Positions 19,754-28,832 are shown, counted from the stretch's first letter. The stretch: 64,000 nucleotides of DNA from an uncultured Gammaproteobacteria bacterium (GCA_964400625.1 CAYNUS010000004.1:26164-90163); one strand, 5' to 3'. Notes: generated by a model from the sequence alone, not told the origin. Numbers and translations: made by a program.

Positions 19754-20359
19754 ATGTCAGAACTGCAAGTCAAACCCCTCAAGTATAAGGAACTGCCCGG
19801 ATTGTCCGAGAAGCAGCTTTCGGAGCACCACGACGTGCTCTACGCCGGCTACGTCAAGAAGACCAACGAGATCCGCGGCAAGCTCGCCACGGTCTCCCTG
19901 GAGGGCGTGAACGCCACGCACAGCGATCTCCGCGAGCTCAAGCTCGAGGAGACGTTCGCGTTGAACGGCGTGAAGCTCCATGAGCGCTATTTCGACAACC
20001 TCGGCGGCAAGGGCGGCGCGCCCGAAGGCGTCGCGGCCGACTGGATCATGGAAGACTTCGGCTCCTACGAGAAGTGGCAGGCCGAATTTTCCGCCTGCGG
20101 CATGGCCGCGCGCGGCTGGGTCGTGCTGGCCTTCGACCTCGAGGAGAAGCGCCTCATGAACGTCGTCTGCGACGTCCACAACCAGGGCGGCGTCTGGGGC
20201 CAGGTCCCGCTCCTCGTCCTCGACGTCTACGAGCACGCCTACTTCCTCGACTACGCCACCGCCCGCAAGAAGTACCTGGAGACCTTCACCCAGAACGTCG
20301 ACTGGTCCGCCGTGAACGCGCAAATCGAGAAGTTTGACCTCGCGAAGTACCGAAGTTAA
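19754..20359 (+). CDS. sod: Fe/Mn superoxide dismutase family protein
   Basis: EHHDVLYAGYV, LHERYF, GWVVL, DVYEHAYFLDY. Confidence 0.93.
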   Translation: MSELQVKPLKYKELPGLSEKQLSEHHDVLYAGYVKKTNEIRGKLATVSLEGVNATHSDLRELKLEETFALNGVKLHERYFDNLGGKGGAPEGVAADWIMEDFGSYEKWQAEFSACGMAARGWVVLAFDLEEKRLMNVVCDVHNQGGVWGQVPLLVLDVYEHAYFLDYATARKKYLETFTQNVDWSAVNAQIEKFDLAKYRS

Positions 20360-20410
20360 GATGAAGCCTCGCCTCCACGGCGAGGCTTCTGCCATTAACC
20401 GCATCCATCT

Positions 20411-20923
20411 ATGACGTTCATCGGCCAGAAGGCGCCGGAGTTCAAGCTCCAGGGCGTCTCCCACGAGACGTTCGAGCACCACGCGCTCTCCGACTACAAG
20501 GGCAAGTGGGTCGTCCTGTTCTTCTACCCGCGCGACTTCACCTTCATCTGCCCCACCGAGATCACCGGCTACTCCAAGGCGGACGACGCCTTCAAGAAGC
20601 TGAACGCCCAGGTGCTCGGCGTCTCCACCGACTCCGCCTGGTCCCACAAGGCGTGGCTCAAGGAGCTCGGCGCCCTCAAGTACCCGCTCTTGGCCGACGT
20701 CACCCAGAAGGTCTCCGCCGCCTACGGCGTGCTCGACGAGACCGAAGGCGAAGCCATCCGCGGCACCTTCATCATCGATCCCGAAGGCACCGTGAAGTAC
20801 GCCCTCTACCACGACAACAACGTCGGCCGCTCCGTGAAGGAGACCCTCCGCGTCCTGGAGGCGCTCCAGACGGGCGAGAAGTGCCCGGTGGAGTGGAATC
20901 CGGGTGAGAAGACGTTGGGGTAA
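20411..20923 (+). CDS. 2-Cys peroxiredoxin (AhpC/TSA)
   Basis: FYPRDFTFICPTE, RGTFIID, KCPVEW. Confidence 0.95.
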   Translation: MTFIGQKAPEFKLQGVSHETFEHHALSDYKGKWVVLFFYPRDFTFICPTEITGYSKADDAFKKLNAQVLGVSTDSAWSHKAWLKELGALKYPLLADVTQKVSAAYGVLDETEGEAIRGTFIIDPEGTVKYALYHDNNVGRSVKETLRVLEALQTGEKCPVEWNPGEKTLG

Positions 20924-20932
20924 GAGAGAACG

Positions 20933-20959
20933 AAAAACCGGCCTTGCGGCCGGTTTTTT
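20933..20959. terminator. Bidirectional intrinsic terminator
   Basis: AAAAACCGGCC-TTG-CGGCCGGTTTTTT. Confidence 0.75.
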
Positions 20960-21320
20960 AGTGTCTCGGACTTTGCACGTTTTTATATTTTGGACCATCG
21001 TCCCGTTTCGGAACTTTCACATAGTCGCGAGGTGATTTCACCGGCCTGATAGCTGGAGCGCTCTTATGCTCTACTGGACGGCCACGAACGACTTTCATAG
21101 TAGATACTCCACCACGAAAAGTTGAAGCGGTTATTTTGGGTCCAACGTGGCGAATTCTTTTTTTGCGCAGTTTCGTACGAACCTCGCAGTTTACTGAACA
21201 AAAATTGCTGGGAAAGGCTGCGAATTTCCCGCATCCATTGCATCCCCGATTCCGGTTGCCATTCGTACGCTTCGCAACCGAGGGTCGCGGCAAATAAATA
21301 TACGAGATCTTTTTCGACAT
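20958..21320 (-). CDS. Low-GC basic hypothetical protein with CxxC...FCSxxC zinc finger
   Basis: CNGC...NFCSVNC; AGGAGG SD inside the pepA 3' end; AT-richer than flanks. Confidence 0.55.
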   Translation of the reverse strand: MSKKISYIYLPRPSVAKRTNGNRNRGCNGCGKFAAFPSNFCSVNCEVRTKLRKKRIRHVGPKITASTFRGGVSTMKVVRGRPVEHKSAPAIRPVKSPRDYVKVPKRDDGPKYKNVQSPRH

Positions 21321-21322
21321 AG

Positions 21323-22816
21323 TTACACCCTCCTCAAAAACTCAAGTAGCAACCTCGCCCCATACCCGCTCGCCCCCCACGGCCGCTCGTCCTGATAGTC
21401 CTTCTCGTTGTAGGACGGCCCCGCGATGTCGAGGTGGGCCCAGCTGGGGGTTTCGCCGATGAATTCCTTGAGGAACAGTCCGGCGGTGATGGTGCCGGCG
21501 CCGCCTTTGCTGCCGATGTTCTTGAGGTCGGCGTGGCGGCTCTTCACCTGCTCGGCGTAGGGCGCGTAGAGCGGGAGCCTCCAGAGCGGCTCGCCCGAGG
21601 TCGCGGAGGCCTGTTCGAGGCGCGCGGCGAGCTTGTCGTCGTCGGTGAGCATGCCGGTGATGTCCTGTCCGAGCGCGACGATGCAGGCGCCGGTGAGCGT
21701 CGCCAGGTCGATCATCATGTCGGGCTTGAGCTGGGAACCGTAGAAGAGCGTGTCAGCGAGCGTCACGCGGCCTTCGGCGTCGGTGTTCAGGATCTCGATG
21801 GTCTTGCCAGACATCGTCTTCACTATGTCGCCGGGGCGGATAGCGTGGCCCGACGGCATGTTCTCGACCATGGCGCAGATGCCGTGGACCTCGACGGGGA
21901 TCTTCAGCGCGGTGAGCGCCCGGAAGACAGCCAGCACGGCTGCGGCACCCGCCATATCGATCTTCATGTCCATCATCCCGTCGGCGGGCTTGAGCGAAAG
22001 GCCGCCCGAATCGAACGTCACGCCCTTTCCGACCAAGACGACGCGCTTCTTCGCCTTCACGGCGGGTTTGTAGGCGAGGTGGATCATCTTCGGCTCGTGC
22101 GCGGAACCTTGCGCCACGGCCAAGACGCCGCCGGCGCCCATCTCCTGGAGCTCCTTGCGGCCGAAGATCTTGATGGTCATGCGCTTCTGTCCCACGGCCA
22201 GCGCGATGGCTTCCTGCACGAAGGTGGCAGGGTGCATCTCGAGCGCCGGGGTGTTCACGAGGTTCCGCGCGTACGCGGAAGCGCCGGCGAAGGCCTGGGC
22301 GTCGGCCACGGCCTTGTCGAAGAACTTGGCGTTGATGGCGAGCGCCGTGAGCAGCGCGACCTCTTCCAACGGCTTGGCCTTCTTGTCCTCCTTATAGCGG
22401 TCGTAGCGGTACGCGCCGAGGATGAGGCCCTCCGCGGCCGCCTGGATGGCCTCGCCGACCTTCGGGCTGGCCTTCTCGAACGGCAGCCAGAGTGCCAGCG
22501 TCGCGGCCTTGTTGGCGCCGGCCAGCTTCGCCGCGCGCGCCGTGGCGCTCCGCAGGCGCTTCAGATCGAACCCTTTCCGCTCGCCGAGGCCGAGGAGCGC
22601 CAGCTTGCGGTACGGCAGCTTGCCGTGGGTATGGATGACGAGCGTCGCTCCGACCGAGGCCTTGTACTCCTCTTCCTTCACATGGACCGAAAGATGCCCG
22701 CCCAGCGCGGCATCGAGCTTGGAGACCGGCGTGATCTCCGAACCTTCAAAGACGCCGACGATGAGGATTTCAGCTTTGGCTTCCTGAGGAAGCGCGGTGG
22801 AGCGGAGGATGCGCAT
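21323..22816 (-). CDS. pepA: Leucyl aminopeptidase (M17)
   Basis: GKGVTFDSGG, MKIDMAG, NTDAEGR, DLATLTGA, HLDIAG. Confidence 0.97.
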   Translation of the reverse strand: MRILRSTALPQEAKAEILIVGVFEGSEITPVSKLDAALGGHLSVHVKEEEYKASVGATLVIHTHGKLPYRKLALLGLGERKGFDLKRLRSATARAAKLAGANKAATLALWLPFEKASPKVGEAIQAAAEGLILGAYRYDRYKEDKKAKPLEEVALLTALAINAKFFDKAVADAQAFAGASAYARNLVNTPALEMHPATFVQEAIALAVGQKRMTIKIFGRKELQEMGAGGVLAVAQGSAHEPKMIHLAYKPAVKAKKRVVLVGKGVTFDSGGLSLKPADGMMDMKIDMAGAAAVLAVFRALTALKIPVEVHGICAMVENMPSGHAIRPGDIVKTMSGKTIEILNTDAEGRVTLADTLFYGSQLKPDMMIDLATLTGACIVALGQDITGMLTDDDKLAARLEQASATSGEPLWRLPLYAPYAEQVKSRHADLKNIGSKGGAGTITAGLFLKEFIGETPSWAHLDIAGPSYNEKDYQDERPWGASGYGARLLLEFLRRV

Positions 22817-22880
22817 ATGCGAAATGAGGTGACTTCAGAGCCACCTTAGTGCCGATTCATGGCGCGGTCAATCCAAAAAC

Positions 22881-22976
22881 ATGTCACCCCTGCGAAAGCA
22901 GGGGCCCATTTCCTTCAGCGACTTTTGAAGGTTTCCGCTGGGGAAATGGGTCCCGGGTCTCCGCCCGGGATGACAT
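22881..22976. repeat. REP-like palindromic element, copy 5
   Basis: ATGTCACCCCTGCGAAAGCAGGGG...CCCGGGATGACAT. Confidence 0.75.
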
Positions 22977-23275
22977 TAAAGAGCGCCCTCCTTCTTCAAC
23001 AGCGCCAGCTTCTTCTTCGGCCCTCCGAACGCGTAATCCCCCACTTTCCCGTCGGCCCGGATGACGCGATGGCACGGCACGCGCTTCGTGTCGGTGTTGC
23101 GGCTCATGATGGTGCCGACGGCGCGGGCGGCGCCGGGGCGTCCGGCGGCCTTGGCGACCTCCCCGTAGGTGCGTGTCTCGCCGCGCGGGATCTTCGCCAC
23201 GACGGCGTAGACCTTACGCGCGAACGGCGTGTCAGGCTCCGAGCGCCTTGAGGTCGGCGAGGACTTCTTCGGCAT
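22976..23275 (-). CDS. MGMT family O6-alkylguanine DNA alkyltransferase (single domain)
   Basis: IPRGETRTYG, ARAVG, VPCHRV active site. Confidence 0.9.
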   Translation of the reverse strand: MPKKSSPTSRRSEPDTPFARKVYAVVAKIPRGETRTYGEVAKAAGRPGAARAVGTIMSRNTDTKRVPCHRVIRADGKVGDYAFGGPKKKLALLKKEGAL

Positions 23276-23699
23276 GCTCTTTCGGTTTGACGCCTTCATA
23301 GATCTTGGCGATCTTCCCTTCCGGGTCGATGAGATACGAGTTACGCAGGATGCCCATGTATTCGCGGCCCATGAACTTCTTCTTGGCCCAGACGCCATAG
23401 GCGCCGAGCATCTCCTTCTTCTCGTCGGAGAGGAGCGTGAACGGCAGCTCGTACTTCTCGGCGAACTTGGCGTGCTTCTTCACGGGGTCAGCGCTCACGC
23501 CGAGCACGACCGCTTTCATCTTCTTGAACTTTGGAAAATTGTCGCGGAGCGTGCAGGCTTCGACCGTGCAGCCCGGCGTGTCGTCCTTGGGATAGAAGTA
23601 CAGCAGGACCCACTGGCCGAGGTAGTCCTTCAGGTCATGTTCCTTCCCGGCCTGGTCCGGCAGGCGGAATCCAGGGGCTTTCTGTCCGATCTTCAGCAT
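23232..23699 (-). CDS. bcp: Thioredoxin-dependent thiol peroxidase
   Basis: YFYPKDDTPGCTVEAC. Confidence 0.95.
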   Translation of the reverse strand: MLKIGQKAPGFRLPDQAGKEHDLKDYLGQWVLLYFYPKDDTPGCTVEACTLRDNFPKFKKMKAVVLGVSADPVKKHAKFAEKYELPFTLLSDEKKEMLGAYGVWAKKKFMGREYMGILRNSYLIDPEGKIAKIYEGVKPKEHAEEVLADLKALGA

Positions 23700-23721
23700 A
23701 GAGATTCGTTTGGTGAGTATT

Positions 23722-23800
23722 CCACCCCGGCGGAGGCCGGGGACCACGCTAGTGGGGGTCCGAATCGTTGGGGGGTGGACCCCGTCCTTCGACGGGGTGG
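23722..23800. repeat. Palindromic element CCACCCCG...CGGGGTGG
   Basis: Terminal inverted repeats and internal hairpins; termini resemble the hairpin at 14729-14760. Confidence 0.4.
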
Positions 23801-23819
23801 TTTATGATATCATAGCCCC

Positions 23820-24158
23820 ATGTCAGACACCCCTTTGATCGGACAAGTCTGCGTCTCGTGCCGCCCCGGCATGCCGACGCTCACGCAGGGCGAGATCGAC
23901 GCCTTCATGCCGCAGACCCCAGGGTGGGTCCTGTCGGACGACGGAAAGTGGATCCGCCGCGACTTCAAGTTCAAGAACTTCAAGGAGGCGCTCGACTTCC
24001 TGAACAAGGTCGGCGAGATCGCCGAAGCCGAGGGTCATCACCCGGACTACCGCGGCGGCTGGGGCAAGCTCACGCTCGAGCTCACGACCCACGCCATCCA
24101 CGGCCTCTCGAAGAACGACTTCATCCTCGCCGCGAAAACGAACGCCCTGCTCGGCTGA
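23820..24158 (+). CDS. Pterin-4-alpha-carbinolamine dehydratase
   Basis: FKFKNF, AEAEGHHPD, THAIHGLSKNDFILAAK. Confidence 0.93.
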   Translation: MSDTPLIGQVCVSCRPGMPTLTQGEIDAFMPQTPGWVLSDDGKWIRRDFKFKNFKEALDFLNKVGEIAEAEGHHPDYRGGWGKLTLELTTHAIHGLSKNDFILAAKTNALLG

Positions 24159-24188
24159 GCAAGGCGTTTTTTCTTCGTTGATGCTTTT

Positions 24189-24278
24189 CGTCATCCCGAG
24201 CGAGGCATTCCAGCCGAGCGGTAGGGATCCTTTTTAAAAGCGATTCCTACCGCGCGCCTTCGCGCGCTCGGAATGACG
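24189..24278. repeat. REP-like palindromic element, copy 6
   Basis: CGTCATCCCGAGCG...CGCTCGGAATGACG; same subfamily as the 17006 copy. Confidence 0.8.
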
Positions 24279-24288
24279 ACGATATCGA

Positions 24289-25473
24289 TCATCGGCTGAC
24301 GCGGAAGATGAACGTCTTCAGGTAGTTCGATTCGGGGAAATAGACGGACTGCGGATGATCGGCGCTCTGGCGCACGACGGCGAGCATGTCGAGCGTGATG
24401 CCGGCCTGCACGGAGGCGCGACGGAGCGTGTAGGCCAGGTCGTCTTCCGTCAGGAAGTGCGAGCAGCTGGACGTGGCGAAGATGCCGCCGTCCTTCACGA
24501 GGCGCATCGCGGCGCGGTTCAGGAAGTGGTATGCCTTGCGGCCGCTCTCGGCGTCCTTCATCGCCTTGATGAGGGCCGGCGGATCCATCACCACCATGTC
24601 GAGGTCGCCGTCCTTCTGCTCGCCGAGCCACTGGAAGATGTCGGCGTTCTCCGTCGTGAAGTCGGCGGCCTTGATCTTGTGGAGCTTGGCGTGCTTTTCG
24701 CAGAGCGCGAGGGCGTCCTCGGAGGAATCCATGTTGCGCACGGACTCGGCGCCGCCCTTCATCATCGCCACGCCGGCCGCGCCGGAGTACGAGAAGAGGC
24801 TGAGCACCTTGCGGCCCTCGGCGAACCGGGCGAGCGCCGCGCGCGCGTCCTTCTGGTCGAGGAAGAAGCCGGTCTTCTGTCCGGCCTTCACGTCGGCCAG
24901 GAACTTCAGGCCGTTCTCCTTGAACTCCACGATCTCCGCTTCGCCCGTATGGACCTCGACGACGTCCTCGAGCAGTTCCTCCTCGCGGACGGAGAGGTCG
25001 CTGCGTTCGATGATGTTCTTCGGGGCCAGGACCTTCTCGATGGCGGCGATGACGTCGAGGCGGAAGCGGTCCATGCCGGTCGTGGAGATCTGGAAGACGA
25101 CGGTGTCGTCGTAGCGGTCGACGACCAGGCCCGGGAGATGGTCCGCCTCGCCGAAGACGACGCGATAGCCGGTGGTCTCGGTACCGGGGCCGTAGCCCAT
25201 CGCCAGGCGGCGGTCGTTCGCCTCCTTCAGGCGCGCGGCGATCCAGGCGCCGTCGATCTCCTTGTCGCCGAACGCGAAGACGCGCACCGCGATGGAACTG
25301 CGGGCCGAATAGGTGCCGGTCGCGAGGACGATGCCGCGCTTGTCGGCGACGCGGACGACGGTCCCGTGCGCGGAGTCGTCCGGGGCGTCCTCGAGCGCGC
25401 CGGAGAAGATCCACGGATGGCGGAACGCCACGTTGGCCTCCTTACCGGCCTTGAGTTTGATGATGGGGTTCAT
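24289..25473 (-). CDS. RlmI-like SAM-dependent rRNA methyltransferase
   Basis: HPWIFSG, LPGLVVDRY, GQKTGFFLDQ, FSYSG, DPP, SCS. Confidence 0.9.
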   Translation of the reverse strand: MNPIIKLKAGKEANVAFRHPWIFSGALEDAPDDSAHGTVVRVADKRGIVLATGTYSARSSIAVRVFAFGDKEIDGAWIAARLKEANDRRLAMGYGPGTETTGYRVVFGEADHLPGLVVDRYDDTVVFQISTTGMDRFRLDVIAAIEKVLAPKNIIERSDLSVREEELLEDVVEVHTGEAEIVEFKENGLKFLADVKAGQKTGFFLDQKDARAALARFAEGRKVLSLFSYSGAAGVAMMKGGAESVRNMDSSEDALALCEKHAKLHKIKAADFTTENADIFQWLGEQKDGDLDMVVMDPPALIKAMKDAESGRKAYHFLNRAAMRLVKDGGIFATSSCSHFLTEDDLAYTLRRASVQAGITLDMLAVVRQSADHPQSVYFPESNYLKTFIFRVSR

Positions 25474-25515
25474 AGCGCGCGGTAGCGTATCACGATTTCG
25501 CGGAAAAAGAAAGGC

Positions 25516-25659
25516 TCAACCGAGAGGTTGAGCCGTGCTGAGGGCCTTGGTGGCCAGATCGAGGAGCGCCAGAAGCGCTTCCTCCAGCCGATGCCCGACG
25601 TCGGGCAGAAAGACCTTGAGCGTAAGGAGCGTCAGGACGAGGAGGAAGACCTGCCGCAT
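25516..25659 (-). CDS. 47-aa hydrophobic small protein
   Basis: MRQVFLLVLTLLTLKVFLPDVG...; own near-consensus promoter; 3' hairpin GGCTCAACC...GGTTGAGCC. Confidence 0.5.
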   Translation of the reverse strand: MRQVFLLVLTLLTLKVFLPDVGHRLEEALLALLDLATKALSTAQPLG

Positions 25660-25753
25660 ATTCCGGGGGTTAGACCCCGAGGGCGGCTTAAGGTTCCTCC
25701 TCGGGCACCGGCTTCGCGCGCGGCTCGAGGGCAATGTCCGAGGAGGACATACC

Positions 25754-25782
25754 TTTATATACGTTTTTTCCGATCTTGTCAA
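25754..25782 (-). promoter_or_regulatory. Near-consensus sigma70 promoter
   Basis: TTGACA(25782-25777)-17-TATAAA(25759-25754). Confidence 0.75.
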
Positions 25783-25809
25783 GCCGCGCATACAAAGAAA
25801 AACGCCCGT

Positions 25810-26838
25810 CTAGAGACGGGCGAGGGAGCGGAGCAGATCGCCGAAGACGGCGGTGGCGGTGACCGCGGCGCCGGCGCCTGGCCCGCGGATGACGATCGGG
25901 TGCGGACCGTTCCGCTCCGTCTCGATGATGAAGCGGTTCTCCGGGCCTTCGAGCGGAGATCGGCCCGCGGCGCGTTCGCGCAGGCCGCCGCGCACGACGC
26001 TCGAACCGGAGATGGTCGGCTCGATCTCGACGACGTACTCCACCGGCCCGTGCGGCGACCATGCTTCGGGCCAGGCGGTGACGTCCTTCAGCTTCTCGAC
26101 GAAGCCCTCGCCGAAGAGGTTCGCCGCGTCCGGCGCGATGACCGGCGCGATGGCGTCTTCCGGGACCCACCAGCAGCCGCAGAGGCTCGCCAGGATCTTG
26201 GTCTTGCGCGCGACGTCCTTGCAGAGCAAGTCCTCGCGCGGATCGGGCTCGGTCAGACCCAGCTCGCGCGCCTCGGAGAGCGCCTTCCCGAACGGCACGC
26301 GCTTGGCATGCGCCTCGCACAGGAAGTTCAGGGTGCCGGAGAGCGTCGCCGTGAGCCGCACGATGCGGTCGCCGGTCTCGATCAGCTCGCGGAGCGTACG
26401 GATGACGGGCAGGCCGCCGCCGACGGTCGCCTCGAACCAGTAGGCCCGATGCGAGCGATGATCCATCGCTTCCGTCAGCCGGCGGAACGTCGGAAGGTCC
26501 ACGTCGAGCGGCCGCTTGTTGGCGGTCACGACCGGGAATCCGGACTCGACGAGCGAGAGGTGCAGCGCCAGGGTCCGTGCGTCCGAGACGTCGACCACGA
26601 CCGGTTCGCGACCGTGCCGGCGCAGTTCCAGCGCCATCTCGACGATCGGGAGCCACGCGTCCGACGACGTGCGCCGGTCGGTCTTGCCGCCCGCGCGGTC
26701 GATCCAGCCGCTCGTGACTTCCGCCTCCAAGACGAACTTAAGGTCGGTCCCGGTCCGCTCGTTATACGCGCGGAGGTGCCGCTTGAGGGCGCTCCCGACG
26801 CGTCCGCGTCCGATCAGGATCAGGTCGATCTCTCGCAT
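25810..26838 (-). CDS. Stand-alone homoserine dehydrogenase
   Basis: GRGRVG Rossmann, VVTANK, FEATVGGGLPV, SGTLNF, TEPDPREDL, GPGAGAAVTA. Confidence 0.88.
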   Translation of the reverse strand: MREIDLILIGRGRVGSALKRHLRAYNERTGTDLKFVLEAEVTSGWIDRAGGKTDRRTSSDAWLPIVEMALELRRHGREPVVVDVSDARTLALHLSLVESGFPVVTANKRPLDVDLPTFRRLTEAMDHRSHRAYWFEATVGGGLPVIRTLRELIETGDRIVRLTATLSGTLNFLCEAHAKRVPFGKALSEARELGLTEPDPREDLLCKDVARKTKILASLCGCWWVPEDAIAPVIAPDAANLFGEGFVEKLKDVTAWPEAWSPHGPVEYVVEIEPTISGSSVVRGGLRERAAGRSPLEGPENRFIIETERNGPHPIVIRGPGAGAAVTATAVFGDLLRSLARL

Positions 26839-26936
26839 GCATGCCTCCTCGCGGTTGGACCGCCGAGGCGTTCTTACCACGCTTTCGCCGCTTCGTGAAG
26901 GCAAAACCGCCCCCGAGGAGGCGGTTTTGCGGCCGT

Positions 26937-27935
26937 TCAGGCCCGGGGTTGGCGCTTCTTCCAGAGCCGCCAGACGATCCAGGCGACGAGGCCGATGGGG
27001 AGCAGGATGCCGCCCCAGACGATGACGACGTAGATGAGTCCGGCGACGAGGTCCTGCGCGGAGGCGACCAAGGTCTGCACGGCGCCGCGGAAGATGGCGC
27101 CGAGGCGGAACTCCTTGGTGGGAGCGCGGACGGTCGCCTCTTCCTCGAGCGAGACGGAGATCGTGGAGTAGGACGTCGTGTTCTCGAGGTACTTCAGGCG
27201 CCCCTCGTACGACTCGATGACGGAGCGGATCGAACCGAGGCGTTCCTGCACCTTGAGCGTGTCTTCGACGGTGCGGGCCTGCTTCAGGATCTCGAGGTAC
27301 GTCTCCTCTTGGGCCTTGGCGTTGCGGAGCTGGGCCTGGAGGTCGGTGTACTGCTCGGTGACGTCCTGACCGGTCGCGGTCTCATGCTTCACGAGCGTCG
27401 CGAGGCCCTTGATGGCGGACATCGCTTCCTCGAACTTCGCGACCGGCACGCGCACGCTGACGTCGCCGCCGTAGGTGCCGTCGCCGCGTTCGGTGACGGA
27501 CGAGCTCTGGACGAAGCCGCCGCGTTCGGTGGCGATCTTGGCGACGTCGGCCGCCGCGTCGGTCACCTTCTCGACCACCATGCGGAGGTAGCCGTTCTTC
27601 ACGATCTTCTGGTCGACTTCGGCGGCGGTCTGCCCGGCCGTCGGCTGGGGCGACGGGAAGTACAGCATGGCCATGTCGCGGCCGTCGTAGTCCGCCGGCG
27701 GCATCGGCGCGATCGACGGCGCCATCGCCTTGCCGGGGTACCCGCCCCCGACCGCCGATTCCTCGTAGGCGTAGGAGTCGGTCGTGACCCCCATCATCGC
27801 CTCGCCCCGGTCGAAGGCGAGCGGATACGGCTTACGGTCGTCCCATTTCACGGCCGCCGTGATGACCAGCGCGACCGCGAGGATCGCGAGGGCCGTCTTC
27901 GGCTTCTGCTTGAAGTACGCGACGAGGTTCGTCAT
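26937..27935 (-). CDS. DUF4349-like membrane-anchored protein
   Basis: KIVKNGYL, GGFVQSS, VRVP, DVTEQYTDLQAQL, YSTI, C-terminal TM. Confidence 0.85.
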   Translation of the reverse strand: MTNLVAYFKQKPKTALAILAVALVITAAVKWDDRKPYPLAFDRGEAMMGVTTDSYAYEESAVGGGYPGKAMAPSIAPMPPADYDGRDMAMLYFPSPQPTAGQTAAEVDQKIVKNGYLRMVVEKVTDAAADVAKIATERGGFVQSSSVTERGDGTYGGDVSVRVPVAKFEEAMSAIKGLATLVKHETATGQDVTEQYTDLQAQLRNAKAQEETYLEILKQARTVEDTLKVQERLGSIRSVIESYEGRLKYLENTTSYSTISVSLEEEATVRAPTKEFRLGAIFRGAVQTLVASAQDLVAGLIYVVIVWGGILLPIGLVAWIVWRLWKKRQPRA

Positions 27936-28032
27936 AGGTCGATGAAACTTAGTTTCTAGGCCCATTCTACCATGTCCTACGATCCCGCGCCTTTTCGGTA
28001 ACGAAAATCCCGCGCGGAGGGCGCGGGAGAGG

Positions 28033-28704
28033 CTAACCGTCGATGCCGACGTACTTGAGGTCCCGGAAGAGGTCCGGGCGGAGGTTGAAGAACCGCTGGT
28101 CCTTGGGCGGCTTGGCGTCGACCGCCTGGATGGAACTCCACTTGCGAAGGTCGCACGGGAACGCTTCCGTCGGGTCCGTGATCTTGATGATCTCGAGCGT
28201 GGTGCCGGCGCCCTTGGTGTAGGAGAACCGGTGGATGCCGTCGAGGACGGCGTGGCGGTTGGCGATCTGCTCGACGATGGGCGGCAGGTACTGGGCGATG
28301 GCCCGGTCCCCTTCCGCCGTCGTGCCGAAGATGAGGCTCGCGCCCTTCTTGGCGATGCCGTACGGCACGTCGTGCTCGTCGAACATGGCGGTGAACAGCT
28401 CATGCAGATCGTTGATCTTGCGGCGCTCGACGAAGGTCTGGCCGACCTTCGACATGCGCGGGTCCATGCGGTAGCGGTCGATGCGGCAGCCGGCGTACGG
28501 CTTCCGTCCGGGATCGCCCGCGAGCGGGACGCTCTCCAGCAGGCGCTCGAGGTAATCGAGGCGCATGTTCAGGATGTGGCGCGCCGAAACGATCTGCCGC
28601 GGCGACACGATGCGGTCGGCGCCGGACATCTGTGCGTACTCGCGCATGTCGATGCCGGTGCGGCGGCCGAACTCGGAAAGGTCGATGGGCAGGAACGAGG
28701 ACAT
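28033..28704 (-). CDS. Hypothetical protein with ParB/sulfiredoxin-like motif
   Basis: LPPIVE...VLDGIHRF; GGAGGT SD. Confidence 0.65.
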   Translation of the reverse strand: MSSFLPIDLSEFGRRTGIDMREYAQMSGADRIVSPRQIVSARHILNMRLDYLERLLESVPLAGDPGRKPYAGCRIDRYRMDPRMSKVGQTFVERRKINDLHELFTAMFDEHDVPYGIAKKGASLIFGTTAEGDRAIAQYLPPIVEQIANRHAVLDGIHRFSYTKGAGTTLEIIKITDPTEAFPCDLRKWSSIQAVDAKPPKDQRFFNLRPDLFRDLKYVGIDG

Positions 28705-28832
28705 GGGAAAGACCTCCGGTCGGCACACTCTACGCCCGGACGGCTCCGCAGGCTTGTGGACAACTTGCCCAGCGGCGGGAAGCGTCGTATCATCGTTCCA
28801 GCGCGGCGTTTCTGCCGGGCGGAACCCTCACC

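Noticed and set aside
13904-24278. Repeats as a CRISPR array
   Set aside because: Dispersed, non-identical, long palindromes without regular spacers; no cas genes
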